Assembly (NCBI GenBank): GCA_965213675.1
Contig: CBDCAF010000018.1
Coordinates: 1 to 64,000, forward strand
Reading direction: 5' to 3'
DNA length: 64,000 nt
Source of the DNA: an uncultured Candidatus Binatia bacterium
GTDB taxonomy: Bacteria; Desulfobacterota; Binatia; UBA9968; JAJDTQ01
Below are positions 19,857 to 30,327 of the stretch, one piece after another. Position 1 is the first letter of the stretch; the number at the start of each line of letters is the position of its first letter. The translations under genes and the position numbers were made by a program. The notes under the pieces were generated by a model that was not told the origin of the DNA, did no database searches, and was given only the letters and a program-made list of their open reading frames with translations.

Positions 19857-20735
19857 ATGCCAATGACCGAGGCCAGGTTCATCGACGTGGACGGGGTGCG
19901 CACACGCTACTTCGAACAGGGCACGGGTGAGCCGTTGGTGCTGTGGCACGGCAGTCACTTCGGCACCACCGATGCCTGCGACAGTGCGCTGGACTGGGAA
20001 CTCAACTTCGACGCCTTGGCCGAGTCGTTTCGGGTGATCGCTGTCGACAAGCTCGGCCAGGGACACACCGGCAACCCCAAGACCGACGATGGCTATACCC
20101 CCGCGGCGGTAGTCGAGCACGCCCACGGGTTCCTCAAGGCCATGGACCTCCAGGACGTTCACCTCTGCGGCCATTCCCGTGGCGGATACCTGGTGGCGCG
20201 GCTCACGCTGCTGCACCCCGGGATCGTCAAGTCCTGCATCATCGTGGACAGCGGCACCCTGTCGCCGGGTCCGTCGCTCACCGAACTGGTGATGGCCGGG
20301 CGCCCCAAACCCTACCTCAGCCGCGAGAGCCAGCGCTGGGTGGTGGAACACTATTCCCACGGCACGTCGCACATCACCGGCGGTTGGATCGACGCCGCCG
20401 TGGAGATCGCCAGCCTGCCCAAGTACCAGGACTCCGTCCGCAAGATGAGCGGCGAGGGCCTGAAGGACAAGCTCTTCATGCCGAATCTGGTCCTCGACAA
20501 GGAGGAGTGCCTCGCGTGGATGATGGAGGGGCGGCTCACGACCCCGACCCTGGTGGTGTGGGGCTACAACGACCCCACGGCCCGGTATCAGCGGGGTCTG
20601 ACGCTCTTCGATTACGTCGCCAACAGCACCGAGAACGCGCAACTCCACGTCATCAACAAGGCCGGACACTTCTGTTACCGGGAACAGCCCGAGCAGTTCA
20701 ACCAGGCCGTGACGGGGTTCATCAAGAGCCTTTGA
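19857..20735 (+). CDS. Alpha/beta hydrolase (MhpC/BphD-like)
   Basis: WHG, GHSRGG nucleophile elbow, WGYND and AGH motifs. Confidence 0.85.
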   Translation: MPMTEARFIDVDGVRTRYFEQGTGEPLVLWHGSHFGTTDACDSALDWELNFDALAESFRVIAVDKLGQGHTGNPKTDDGYTPAAVVEHAHGFLKAMDLQDVHLCGHSRGGYLVARLTLLHPGIVKSCIIVDSGTLSPGPSLTELVMAGRPKPYLSRESQRWVVEHYSHGTSHITGGWIDAAVEIASLPKYQDSVRKMSGEGLKDKLFMPNLVLDKEECLAWMMEGRLTTPTLVVWGYNDPTARYQRGLTLFDYVANSTENAQLHVINKAGHFCYREQPEQFNQAVTGFIKSL

Positions 20736-20895
20736 GCACGGGTGGGCGTAGCGCACCGAGGAAATGGGGCACGACCGTGTGCGCTTCTGCAGGGCACGAC
20801 CTGCTCGCCTTGGGCCGCAGGTTGTCGGCGGTAGGGTTGGAAGTGGCGTTACCCGCCACCGCCAGAAACCGGATCACGATGCCGGACGGCCTGTT

Positions 20896-21603
20896 TCAGA
20901 GCTGCAAGGGCACGGCCTTGCCGAGAGCAATGGCACGCTCGGTGACCTTGGCCAGGTAGGCGAGCACCTCGACGCCGGTCCTCACGGATTGGCGCAGCAC
21001 GCGGCCGTACTCGGGATCGATTTCGTCCGCGGGGCGGATTGCGCTACAGTCTCCGCGCTGAATCACGAACAACAGCACGGCGCGGTGGCCGTCCTGTCGC
21101 AGTCGCATGAGTTCTTGAAGGTGTTTGGCGCCACGCAGGCTCACGGCATCCGGAAACGCGGCGACCCGATCCACCGCGAGGGTGACATTCTTCACCTCGA
21201 CGAAACACCTTTCGCTCGGCCGTTGCGGATGCCCTTCGAGCAGAAAGTCGAGGCGCGTGCCGGGTCGCGTGGCGAACTCGGGACGAAGCTTCTCATACCC
21301 CCGCAACTCATCGATTCGTCCTGTCTCAATGCCTTCCCGCGCCAGCCGGTTGGCCGCCAGCGTGTTGATCCCCACCAGCGTCCGGCCCACCCGGATGATC
21401 TCCCAGGTGTAGTTCAGTTTCCGGCCCCGGCCGCTCTGATCCGACAGGTAGACCCTGCTGCCCGGCGCGTTGCAGCCCATCATGCTGCCCGTGTTCGTGC
21501 AGTGCGCCGTCACCACCGTGCCGTCCTCAAGACGAACATCAGCGAGGAACCGCTTGTAGCGCTCGACGAGGACGCCGGAGATCAAGGGAGAAGGAAAACG
21601 CAT
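20896..21603 (-). CDS. sfsA: DNA/RNA nuclease SfsA
   Basis: RYKRFLADV, AHCTNTGSM, FVEVKNVT and FPDAVSLRGAKHL motifs. Confidence 0.92.
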   Translation of the reverse strand: MRFPSPLISGVLVERYKRFLADVRLEDGTVVTAHCTNTGSMMGCNAPGSRVYLSDQSGRGRKLNYTWEIIRVGRTLVGINTLAANRLAREGIETGRIDELRGYEKLRPEFATRPGTRLDFLLEGHPQRPSERCFVEVKNVTLAVDRVAAFPDAVSLRGAKHLQELMRLRQDGHRAVLLFVIQRGDCSAIRPADEIDPEYGRVLRQSVRTGVEVLAYLAKVTERAIALGKAVPLQL

Positions 21604-21800
21604 GGCCGGAAAATTGAACCTCACCCCGGACTTGATCCAGGGTTGCATGGATTCGTTGCCAATCGGGCCACTATGTTTGACAGGGTATGGACTCTCCCAA
21701 AATTGAGCCGACTCCAGCAGTTCGTCTTGGCAGGGTCGAGAAAACGGATTTGCATCGCCTCATCAAGCCTGACGGACTCCAGTTTCTGCCCGTGGAGCGT

Positions 21801-22670
21801 TCAGTGAGTGCCGTCGAGGCACTGCTTGGCGGCGCGGCGCAGCAGTACGCTGATGAGGTGGCGCTTGTACTCGGCGCTGCCTTCGCGGTCGTCGGTCAGG
21901 GCGGCTTCGTCGGCGAGGGCTTCGGCGGCTGCGAGTAGCCGCTGTTCTGTCGACTCGGTGGCGCCGGCGATGAGGTCATCGGCGGCGGTGGAGCGGCAGG
22001 GGGTGGGGCTGACGCAGCCGACGGCGCAGCGGGCGGCGCGAATTTCGCGGCCGTCGTCGTTCAGGTCGAGCACCAGGGCCAAGCCCAGGAGCGGGCGCTC
22101 GTGGACCTGGAACTTGAGGTAGGCGGCGCGCTGTGTGGGAGCGGGCAGCGGCACGTCCACGCCGGTCAGGACCTCGTCCTGGGCCAGGGAGTTTTCGTAG
22201 GCGCCGGACAGAAGCTCGTTCATCGCGACGGTGCGTTCCCCGCCCTTGCCTTGTGCCCGCACGGTGGCATTCAGGGCCAGCAGCAGGGTTGCGGGATCGG
22301 AGTGGGGTTCGGCGAAAGCGAGGTTGCCGCCCAGGGTGCCGCTGGCGCGCACACGCACGTTGGCGACGTTGGCGGCCATCCCGGCCATCACGGGCAGCGA
22401 TTCCTGGATCACGGTGGAGCGCTCGATGGTCCGGTGGGTGGCGCCGGCGCCGATGTGGATATGTCCGTCCCGGCGCTCGATGCGGTCCAGGCCGGTCACG
22501 GCCTTGATGTCGATCAGGTGCTCATAGCGCAGCAGGTCGTGGCGCATGGCCAGCAGCAGTTCGGTGCCGCCGGCGTACAGGGCGCCGGCGTCGCCGTAGT
22601 GGTCGAGCATGGCCGCGGCCTCGTCGAGGTCGGCGGGCCGGTGGATGTTGAAACGTCTGAGCGGCATCAT
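21801..22670 (-). CDS. Xanthine dehydrogenase family FAD-binding subunit (CoxM-like)
   Basis: AGGTELL, VRASGTLGGN...SD and SAEYKRHL motifs. Confidence 0.88.
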   Translation of the reverse strand: MMPLRRFNIHRPADLDEAAAMLDHYGDAGALYAGGTELLLAMRHDLLRYEHLIDIKAVTGLDRIERRDGHIHIGAGATHRTIERSTVIQESLPVMAGMAANVANVRVRASGTLGGNLAFAEPHSDPATLLLALNATVRAQGKGGERTVAMNELLSGAYENSLAQDEVLTGVDVPLPAPTQRAAYLKFQVHERPLLGLALVLDLNDDGREIRAARCAVGCVSPTPCRSTAADDLIAGATESTEQRLLAAAEALADEAALTDDREGSAEYKRHLISVLLRRAAKQCLDGTH

Positions 22671-22782
22671 GACGGGTACTCTCCACGGGTCGCGTGACGG
22701 AGACCATCCCGTGTCGGGTGTCCAGGGACGGGCGGCACGAAACTGCGTTGACCGCGCGCGGTTCGTTCAGGCGCGGCCGGCA

Positions 22783-25083
22783 TCATTTCTGGTTGTCTCC
22801 ACGGCTGGCGCGCGTTTCGCGGATCGCGCGCCAGACCTTCTCCGGCGTGAGCGGCGCCCGGCGTATGCGCGCGCCGGTGGCGTTGTAAACGGCGTTGGCG
22901 ATGTTGGCAGGCAGCGAGTTGAGCGACGCTTCACCACCGCCCTTGGCGCCGTAGGGTCCCACCCCGTCGCGGTTCTGCACCAGTTCCAGCTTCACGGTTC
23001 GCGGCATGTCGGAGAACCGCGGCAGGCGGTACTCCAGCAGGTTGCCGTTGAGGAGCTGGTTGCGGTCGAACTCGAGCTCCTCGAACATGCCGATGCCCAT
23101 GCCGGTGGTGGCGGCGCCGATGTCCTGGCCCTCGGCCAGGGCCGGGTTGATGGCCAGGCCCACGTCGCCGCAAGTGCCGAGCTTCTCCATGGTCACCTTG
23201 CCGGTCTCCTCGTCCACGGACACCTCGATGCCCGTGGAGGCGGCTTCCCAGAAAACCGGCAACTGCGCGAAATCCTTGTCCTTGCGGATGTAGGCGCGGC
23301 CGATGACCTCCCCGTCGGGCAGGCGGTAGTAGCGCGTGAGCACCTCGGACCAGGTGAGGCGCGCCTCGCCGCAGGTGACGCCGCCGCGAACGGTCTGGAT
23401 TTCCGATTCCTGGACGCCCAGCACATCAGCGGCCATGCGCACCATCTGCTCGATGGCCTCCCGGCTGGCCTCCTGCACCGCCCGGCCCATGAGGGTGGTG
23501 GTGCGGCTGGCTCCGGTGGAACGGTCGTAGGGAGTGATGGCGGTATCGGAGGACACCACCCGCACCAGGTCGAAGGGAATGCCCAATTCCTCAGCGGCAA
23601 TCTGCGGCAACACCGTGTGGCTTCCCTGGCCAAGCTCCGTGCTGCCGATCATCAGCGAAGCCGAGCCGTCGGCGTGCACACGCACGGCCGTGGATGTGAG
23701 GGGGTAGGCGCCGGCGTCGCTGGCAGAGCAGCCGATGCTGCGCCCGTGGCCGCTCGGCAGCGGTTCCTTCCAGCCGATGTTGTCGGCGACGATCTTGAGG
23801 TCCTCGGTCAGGGTGCCGTCGAAGGGGCGCATGCCGGGAAAGAACTCCTGCTTGGGCCGCGCCGCGTTGTGCATGCGGAACTCGTAGGGGTCCATGCCGA
23901 TCTTGGCCGCGAGTTCGTCGATCTGGGACTCGCCGGCCATGGTCACCTGGGCGCAGCCGAAGCCCCGGAAGGAGCTGGCCGGCACCGTGTTGGTGTAGAC
24001 CATGTGGTTGTCGATCTGGACGTTGGGGATGGCGTAGGGTCCGACGCAGCGGTTGGACGACTTTTCGCACACCAGAGGGCTGTTCTCAGCGTAGGCGCCG
24101 GTGTTCATGTAGATCTTGGCTTGGCGCGCGATGATCTTGCCGTCGGCGTCCACCGCGGTGCGCATCCAGGTGAGGGCGTCGTCGCCCCGGGTGGTGAGCA
24201 TGGCCTCTTCCACGCTGAGCTGGAGCTTCACCGGGCGGCGCGCTTTCCATGCGCACGCCGAAACCAGCGGCTCGATCTTCGTATAGGATTTGCTGCCGTA
24301 GCCGCCGCCCACGAACGGCACGATCAGGCGGATCTGGCTCACCGGCATGTCGAAGATGGTCTTCAGATCGTGGCGCACCATGAAGGGGTGCTGCGCCGAG
24401 GAGTATATGGTGACGCTGTCGTCGCCCACCTCGGCGATGGCCACGTAGGGCTCCATGGCGTAGGCATAGGCCATGGGAAAGTAGTACTCGCCCTCCGCCA
24501 CGGCCGCGGCCGTGGCGAACGCCTCGTCCACGTCCCCCCACTTGATGTGGTGTTCCTGGCACAGGTTGCTGCCCCGGCCCGCGGTGACCTCTCCTTCGAA
24601 CCCGCGCAGCGCCCCGGCTTCGAACTGGCGCTGGTGGAGCAGCGGCGCATCCGGCGCCAGCGATTCCTGGGGCTCCATCACTGCCGGCAACTCCTCGTAC
24701 TCGACGTGGATCAATTCCAGCGCCTCGTAGGCGGTGAGTTCGTCTTCGGCGATGACCGCGGCTACGGGTTCGCCCGCGTAGCGCACCTTGTCGATGGCCA
24801 CCAGGGGGTGGTCCTTGACGGCGTGTCCGAAATAGGGATTCAGCCCCTCCAAATCGTCGCCCCGCAGCACGTTGTACACGCCGGGATGGGCCTCGGCCCG
24901 GGATGTGTCCATGGAGACGATGGTCGCGTGGGCGTAGGGGCTCCGCAGCACCTTGGCGTAGGCCATGCCCGCGAGTTTGACGTCGCTCACGTAGAGCGCC
25001 CGGCCCGATACCTTGGCGCGGCCGTCCCGGCGCGGCACCGAGTGGTTGACCACTTTGAAGTCGCGGCTATTGTCCTCACTCAT
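22783..25083 (-). CDS. Xanthine dehydrogenase family molybdopterin-binding subunit
   Basis: RRDGRAKVSG, LRSPYAHA, VGGGYGSK, SFRGFG, ELGQG and GAKGGGE motifs. Confidence 0.9.
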   Translation of the reverse strand: MSEDNSRDFKVVNHSVPRRDGRAKVSGRALYVSDVKLAGMAYAKVLRSPYAHATIVSMDTSRAEAHPGVYNVLRGDDLEGLNPYFGHAVKDHPLVAIDKVRYAGEPVAAVIAEDELTAYEALELIHVEYEELPAVMEPQESLAPDAPLLHQRQFEAGALRGFEGEVTAGRGSNLCQEHHIKWGDVDEAFATAAAVAEGEYYFPMAYAYAMEPYVAIAEVGDDSVTIYSSAQHPFMVRHDLKTIFDMPVSQIRLIVPFVGGGYGSKSYTKIEPLVSACAWKARRPVKLQLSVEEAMLTTRGDDALTWMRTAVDADGKIIARQAKIYMNTGAYAENSPLVCEKSSNRCVGPYAIPNVQIDNHMVYTNTVPASSFRGFGCAQVTMAGESQIDELAAKIGMDPYEFRMHNAARPKQEFFPGMRPFDGTLTEDLKIVADNIGWKEPLPSGHGRSIGCSASDAGAYPLTSTAVRVHADGSASLMIGSTELGQGSHTVLPQIAAEELGIPFDLVRVVSSDTAITPYDRSTGASRTTTLMGRAVQEASREAIEQMVRMAADVLGVQESEIQTVRGGVTCGEARLTWSEVLTRYYRLPDGEVIGRAYIRKDKDFAQLPVFWEAASTGIEVSVDEETGKVTMEKLGTCGDVGLAINPALAEGQDIGAATTGMGIGMFEELEFDRNQLLNGNLLEYRLPRFSDMPRTVKLELVQNRDGVGPYGAKGGGEASLNSLPANIANAVYNATGARIRRAPLTPEKVWRAIRETRASRGDNQK

Positions 25084-25580
25084 CCGCGCGCCTCCTTCAT
25101 CACCGCCGCCGCCTTGCGGATGGCCTTCACGATGGGCACGTATCCGGTGCAGCGGCAGAGGTTGCCGTCCATGTGGTGAATGATCTCGTCGTCGGTGGGA
25201 TCGGGGTTGTCGTCCAGCAGCGCCTTGGCGGACAGGATCATGCCCGGCGTGCAAAAGCCGCATTGGAACGCGAACTCGTCGATGAAGCACTGCTGGATGG
25301 GATGCAGCGTGCGGTCACGGTCCTCGAGCCCCTCGATGGTGGTGACGGCACGCCCTTGGGCCTCGTAAGCCAGGTAGGTGCAGGAGCTCACCGGCAGGCC
25401 GTCCACCAGCACCGTGCAGGCGCCGCACACCTGCACCTCGCACGAGATCTTGGCGCCGGTGAGATTCAGGCGGTTCCGCAACACCTCCGAAAGGGTCTGC
25501 TGCGGCTCGCACTCCACGGCCACGTCCTTGCCGTTGAGTTCGAACCGCAACTCCACCAGGGCGGATCTGTTCCTAGACAT
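25080..25580 (-). CDS. Xanthine dehydrogenase family [2Fe-2S] subunit (CoxS-like)
   Basis: CEVQVCGAC, QCGFCTPG and NLCRCTGY motifs. Confidence 0.92.
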   Translation of the reverse strand: MSRNRSALVELRFELNGKDVAVECEPQQTLSEVLRNRLNLTGAKISCEVQVCGACTVLVDGLPVSSCTYLAYEAQGRAVTTIEGLEDRDRTLHPIQQCFIDEFAFQCGFCTPGMILSAKALLDDNPDPTDDEIIHHMDGNLCRCTGYVPIVKAIRKAAAVMKEARG

Positions 25581-26595
25581 AATGCGGGATGATCTCCTCG
25601 GACCAGAGCAGCATTTCCTTGTACATGGTATCCATGTCCGGATAGATGAGCTTCAACTCGAAGTGCTGCACACCGGCCTCGATGAACTCGTCGATACGCC
25701 GGCGCACATCGTCCACCGAACCGATGATGTGCCGGTCCAGGGCGAACTGAATGTTGTCCACATCGCGCTCGTAGGTGTGGGAGCTTTCGCGGATGGTGGG
25801 CAGGGCCAAGGTCATGGCCTCGTCCCGGGTGCGCGCGATGCAGGCCAGTTTCTCCACCGCGATCTTGATCCCCGCAGGGTCCCGGCCGGCGTCCTCGGCC
25901 GCCTTGTTGAGAATGTCGCAGCCTCGCGCCATCTCTTTGGGCGACAACCATCCAGGGATCCAGCCCTCACCGTAGCGCCCGGCCCGCACCGCGGCCTGAT
26001 CCATCCAGCCGCCCACCCACACCGGCGGAAACGGCTTCTGGAGCGGCTTGGGATGGATCTCGGCGTTCTCGAACTTGAGGTACTTGCCCTCGTACGAGGC
26101 CATGGGTTGGGTCCAGATGGCCTTCATGGCTTCGATGTACTCGTCGGTGCGGTTGCCCCGCCCCTTGATGGGCACCTCGAACACATCGAACTCGCTGGAG
26201 TCGCGGGTGGCCTTGGAACCCAAGCCGACGCCCACCAGGAGCCTCCCGTCGCACAGGTGGTCCAGGGTGGCGCACTGCTTGGCCGCGTAGATGGGGTTGC
26301 GCAGGGGCATTACCAGACAGGCCACGCCGATCTGGATGTTCTTCGTCTTGGCCGCCAAGTAGGACATGGTGGTCATGCATTCGAAGAAGTTGGCCTCCTG
26401 GGCGTCCGTGAGGGCCTCTGCGGCCCCGGACGAGATGTGGTGCCGGTGCATCTCCGAGCTCCACACCACGTGGTCGTGGAGCCAGATGGTGTCGAAGCCC
26501 AACTCCTCCGAGTTCTGCGCGGCCTTGACGATGTTCTCCTTGCTGGAGAGCGGCCCCGAGTTGGGCACCCGGATGCCGAATTCGAATTTACCCAT
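25573..26595 (-). CDS. LLM class flavin/F420-dependent oxidoreductase
   Basis: GFDTIWLHDH, LDHLCDGRL and PKPLQKPFPPVWVGG motifs. Confidence 0.88.
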   Translation of the reverse strand: MGKFEFGIRVPNSGPLSSKENIVKAAQNSEELGFDTIWLHDHVVWSSEMHRHHISSGAAEALTDAQEANFFECMTTMSYLAAKTKNIQIGVACLVMPLRNPIYAAKQCATLDHLCDGRLLVGVGLGSKATRDSSEFDVFEVPIKGRGNRTDEYIEAMKAIWTQPMASYEGKYLKFENAEIHPKPLQKPFPPVWVGGWMDQAAVRAGRYGEGWIPGWLSPKEMARGCDILNKAAEDAGRDPAGIKIAVEKLACIARTRDEAMTLALPTIRESSHTYERDVDNIQFALDRHIIGSVDDVRRRIDEFIEAGVQHFELKLIYPDMDTMYKEMLLWSEEIIPHYV

Positions 26596-26638
26596 GGTTA
26601 GCTCCTCAAACCAACGTGACCGTGATGCTGTTCCCTAG

Positions 26639-26796
26639 TGTCGCGTCCCGCAAATACCTGCGATAATTTGCTGGTCTTTTGTTGCCGTCGGCTGCGTTGC
26701 TCTTCCTCGCGTGGTGTCCGCCACTGCTCGTCATCGCGCCTTGCCGACAGCAAAAAATCCTGCGCAACTTATCGCAGGTATTTGCGGGACGCGACA
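26639..26796. mobile_element. MITE-like element, copy 2
   Basis: Perfect 28-bp TIR TGTCGCGTCCCGCAAATACCTGCGATAA, flanked by CTAG/CTGG; shares internal core GCTCTTCCTCGCGTGG...CCGCCACTGCTCGTCATCGCGCCTTGCCGACA with copy 1. Confidence 0.78.
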
Positions 26797-26924
26797 CTGG
26801 CCGCCTCCGTCATTCACGCTCAAGCGGGTGTGATTCCCTGCCCCACCCCGCCTGGATTCCCGCCCCCGATCGGGGTCGAGGGCAAGCTTTCGCGGGAATG
26901 GAACACTCTTCCATGCCCGCGACG

Positions 26925-27839
26925 CTAGGGCTCGGTAATGCCGATGCGGTCGTATTTCAAGTGGCGGTTGTACCAGTCCACCACCTCGCCGGCGATCTGG
27001 TCGAAATAGTCGTTGTAGACGCCGTAGTGGGTAGTCTTTTTCAGCATGACGAGCTTTTTGGGCTCGCCCGCTTTCTCGTACATGCGGATGGAATGTTCCT
27101 CGGGCGTGGTGGCGTCGTTCTCCACGGCGATGAACAGCACGCCCCGCGGCGAGATCTTGTGCACGACGTCCTCCGGGCAGTAGTCCAGGATGGCATCGGC
27201 GCACTGGAGCGGCATCTGGTTGGGAATCTTGGACGCGACTTCCTTCTTGATGTTGGTGGTCTTGCGCTCCGGGGTCTGGACCATGATCTCCTCGCGCGCA
27301 GCCACCAGTTCGCCGGCGCCTGTGCGCACCCGCACCCGGCGATCCTCCTCGATGCGCTTGAGATAGTCGATCCACTCGTATTCCCGGCGCATGGAATGAA
27401 GCCAGTCGCGGCCGCGGCACACGCCGAGGTAGCAGACCACGCATTTGACCCGGCTGTCGGTGGCGCCCACCAGAACGGCGTTGCCGCCGCCGGTGCCGCC
27501 CGAACCGTAGGTGGCGATGCGGTCGGAGTCCACGTCGTCGCGGGTCTCCATGTAGGTAATGGCATTGCGGATGTCCTCCGCTTGCCAGGTGGGCATGACC
27601 CAGCCCTTCTGCGGACCTTCGCTCTGCCCCCAGCCACGATAGTCGAAGCACAGGCACGCGTAACCCGCCGCGCACAACCGCTCGAACATCAGGATGTAGT
27701 GCTTGGCGTCCTTGAGGCCCAGGAACCCGGGGCCTTGGACGATGCCCGGCCAGGGCTGTCCCTGATCGTCGTCCGGCAGGTAGATGGTGCCGTGGACCTT
27801 GTAGCCTTCGCTGAAGAAAGTGATGTCCTCTGTTCGCAT
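26925..27839 (-). CDS. Alpha/beta hydrolase fold protein
   Basis: FDYRGWGQSEG; atypical elbow YGSGGTGGG; END; TTHY. Confidence 0.8.
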   Translation of the reverse strand: MRTEDITFFSEGYKVHGTIYLPDDDQGQPWPGIVQGPGFLGLKDAKHYILMFERLCAAGYACLCFDYRGWGQSEGPQKGWVMPTWQAEDIRNAITYMETRDDVDSDRIATYGSGGTGGGNAVLVGATDSRVKCVVCYLGVCRGRDWLHSMRREYEWIDYLKRIEEDRRVRVRTGAGELVAAREEIMVQTPERKTTNIKKEVASKIPNQMPLQCADAILDYCPEDVVHKISPRGVLFIAVENDATTPEEHSIRMYEKAGEPKKLVMLKKTTHYGVYNDYFDQIAGEVVDWYNRHLKYDRIGITEP

Positions 27840-27874
27840 GTGGCTCTCCCCCAAAACCAGTCCCAAGAAGACAG

Positions 27875-27930
27875 TGTCGCGCGCTGCGAGTTCCCGCGAC
27901 AAGTTGCGCAGGAATCTACGGGACACGACA
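27875..27930. mobile_element. Internally deleted MITE remnant
   Basis: Two degenerate ends joined (...GCGACAAGTTGCGCAG + GAATCTACGGGACACGACA). Confidence 0.5.
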
Positions 27931-28025
27931 CTTGCCGCCGGTGTTGTTGCCCGGCCTCCGGCCACCCTATTGCGCAGGGTGGCGCTTGCGTGGGCGGTGT
28001 TCCAACCCGCCCGCGCCGCAGGCTC

Positions 28026-29015
28026 CTAGGCGCGCACCGCCGGCAGGACTTCTTTGCCCAGCAGTTCGATTTGCTCGTACCAGTCCGCGTAACGGAACCG
28101 GAGGTCATAGACGATGTGGTTGAGGCCGCCCTCTTCGTAGCGCTGGGTGTCCCGGACGATGTCTTCCGGCGTGCCCGCCAGCAAGAGTCCCTCGATGTCT
28201 TCGAGCTTCGAGAAGGTGCCGGACTCGGGCTTCACCCAGGTCGGCTTCTTGTTGCCCTCGTTGATGAGACCCGGCGCGTTGACCTTGCTCACGGCGGTGT
28301 CCTTGTCCCTGGCGATGCTGGTGATGGGGATGGCGCCGGTGGTGACCATGGGCTTGCCGGCCTTGTCGCACAGGTCGTGCAGGTACTTGATGCACTTGTG
28401 GAAAGTGCGCAGCGGGATGCGTCCGGGCATCCAGCCGTCGCAGTAGTCCACCGCGCGCCGACACGATGCCGGGGTACCGCCGCCATACCAGATGGGAATG
28501 GGCGCCAAGGGCGTGGGCTTGAGTTGGACATCCTTGAAGGAGAAGTAGTCGTCCTCATAGTCGACCGTCTCACCGCTCCACAGGCGCCGCACGAGGTTGG
28601 AGTTGACCTTGGCGAGGTTGAAACGGTCCTCCCGAGTGTTCTTCAGCCCGGCCGCGGCAAATTCGTGCTGGAACGTACCCGCGCCGATGCCCATGATGAC
28701 CTTGCCTTCAGACAGGACGCTCAGGGCCGCCATGCACTGGGCCAGGTGAATCGGATGTCTGTGCGAGATCATCGTGCCCGTGCCCAGGGTGAGCTTTTTG
28801 CACACCGACGAGATCGCCGACAGGATGGCGACGCACTCGATGTGCGTGTTGTCCGTGCCCTCCATGCCGTGGGGCTCGAAGACCAGGTGGTCGCGGACCC
28901 AGACGGAGTCGAAACCCAGCGACTCGGCCAGTTTCGATCCCTCGATGCACTTCTCCACAGATCCTTGATCTCCGAAATGGGGCAACAGCAGTCCGAACTT
29001 CAATTGGGTCGCCAT
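28026..29015 (-). CDS. LLM class flavin/F420-dependent oxidoreductase
   Basis: GFDSVWVRDH, PIWYGG and DGWMP motifs. Confidence 0.88.
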   Translation of the reverse strand: MATQLKFGLLLPHFGDQGSVEKCIEGSKLAESLGFDSVWVRDHLVFEPHGMEGTDNTHIECVAILSAISSVCKKLTLGTGTMISHRHPIHLAQCMAALSVLSEGKVIMGIGAGTFQHEFAAAGLKNTREDRFNLAKVNSNLVRRLWSGETVDYEDDYFSFKDVQLKPTPLAPIPIWYGGGTPASCRRAVDYCDGWMPGRIPLRTFHKCIKYLHDLCDKAGKPMVTTGAIPITSIARDKDTAVSKVNAPGLINEGNKKPTWVKPESGTFSKLEDIEGLLLAGTPEDIVRDTQRYEEGGLNHIVYDLRFRYADWYEQIELLGKEVLPAVRA

Positions 29016-29292
29016 GCGCAAAACCTCCTTGCGGTCACTGATGGTAAGATGACTTGGCAGCAGCCGGGGCGGCACCGCGGGACCGTTCCATGATCCGTCG
29101 AGTCGCGGGGTTTCCCGAGCGTCGTTCAAGGCTTGATACAGCCTGATATAGATAGTCGGCGGTAACGAAGTCTGTCAAGCGCGCGGAGCCGGGCTGGCGT
29201 CACGGTCAAGCACGAACAGAAACCGCTGCGCCAAGCACCAACAGAAACTGGCAGGGCCGACCGGCGTTCGCCCACGCGGCGCAGACACCACA

Positions 29293-30327
29293 CTAGCACT
29301 TGTCGTCCGCACTCGAGATCTGGTGCGCGGCCACCGCGGCGCGGGCTTGGGCGAGGTAGCTTCGGCTTACCGGGATCGTGTGGCCGCCGGTGAGGCGCAG
29401 GACGGGGCGCTGATCGCGTTTGCCCCAGCCCTCCACGTGGTCAAAGGCGATCCAGTGCGAACGATGCACGCGCATGCCCCGGCTCCCGAGCTCTTCGACG
29501 GCGTCCGTGAAACGCATGAGAAGCTCGCAGCGACCCGAGGTGGTGACGACGGTCACGTAGTGGTCGTTCATCGTGAGGTGGATGACGTCCTGGCCGATCT
29601 CGGCGGGCAAGCGATCAGCCAGGGCCGATGCGGCGCCGGCAGGGGCGGTGGCGGAGTGCGCCGGTGCGGGTTGGGGCTTAGTCCGTTCGGTTTCGAGGGC
29701 GCCGCGGGCCGGGGAGTCATCCAACGATCCCGCCGCCGTTTCCTGGACCTTCGCCTCTGCCGCGGCTTCCGAAACTCCCGCAGCCTCCGCAGTCGCCGTC
29801 TCGATTTGCTCCAGGCCGTTGGGCTTCACGGGCACACGCTTGAGGCGTCGGGTCAACAGGCAGTGGACCATGGCGCTGCACAACAGGGTCGAGAACAACA
29901 CGGAAGCGTAAACCGTGGTCAGGTGGAATTCGGAAAGCTGCCTGAACGAAACCGTGTCCACGCCATAGATGATGGCGGTGGAGGCTGGGGTGGTCAGGAG
30001 GGCGGCTCCAGCGACCGCCAGCGCCACGTGCAGCGGGGATCGCCTGCGCGTGAGATAGAGTGTCACCACGTACTCGGCGTGGCACATGAACACGCACAGC
30101 GCGGCGCCGAAGCCGGTAAACGCCAAGCGCTGGACCCAAGGGGCCTCACGGGCCCCCACGGGACAGAGGGTCAGGTAAGCCCCGAGATAGACGGTCATCA
30201 TGATGGCGACCCGCCCCAGCAGCCAAGGACGCAACGCCTCGCGATACGCGTACTGCCTTGACGGTCCGCCCGCATCGGTGAGGCGATTGTCCTCAATTGG
30301 TGAAGAAATAGTCCCGGAGTTGTCCAT
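29293..30327 (-). CDS. Membrane-anchored LytTR DNA-binding protein
   Basis: ~4 TM helices, Ala/Glu/Pro linker, C-terminal 'DHYVTV...GMRVHRSHWIA...IPVSRSY'. Confidence 0.82.
   Translation of the reverse strand: MDNSGTISSPIEDNRLTDAGGPSRQYAYREALRPWLLGRVAIMMTVYLGAYLTLCPVGAREAPWVQRLAFTGFGAALCVFMCHAEYVVTLYLTRRRSPLHVALAVAGAALLTTPASTAIIYGVDTVSFRQLSEFHLTTVYASVLFSTLLCSAMVHCLLTRRLKRVPVKPNGLEQIETATAEAAGVSEAAAEAKVQETAAGSLDDSPARGALETERTKPQPAPAHSATAPAGAASALADRLPAEIGQDVIHLTMNDHYVTVVTTSGRCELLMRFTDAVEELGSRGMRVHRSHWIAFDHVEGWGKRDQRPVLRLTGGHTIPVSRSYLAQARAAVAAHQISSADDKC

Noticed and set aside
22783-25580. Aerobic CO dehydrogenase
   Set aside because: Active-site loop is SFRGFG, not AYxCSFR (form I) or AYRGAGR (form II); gene order is S-L-M
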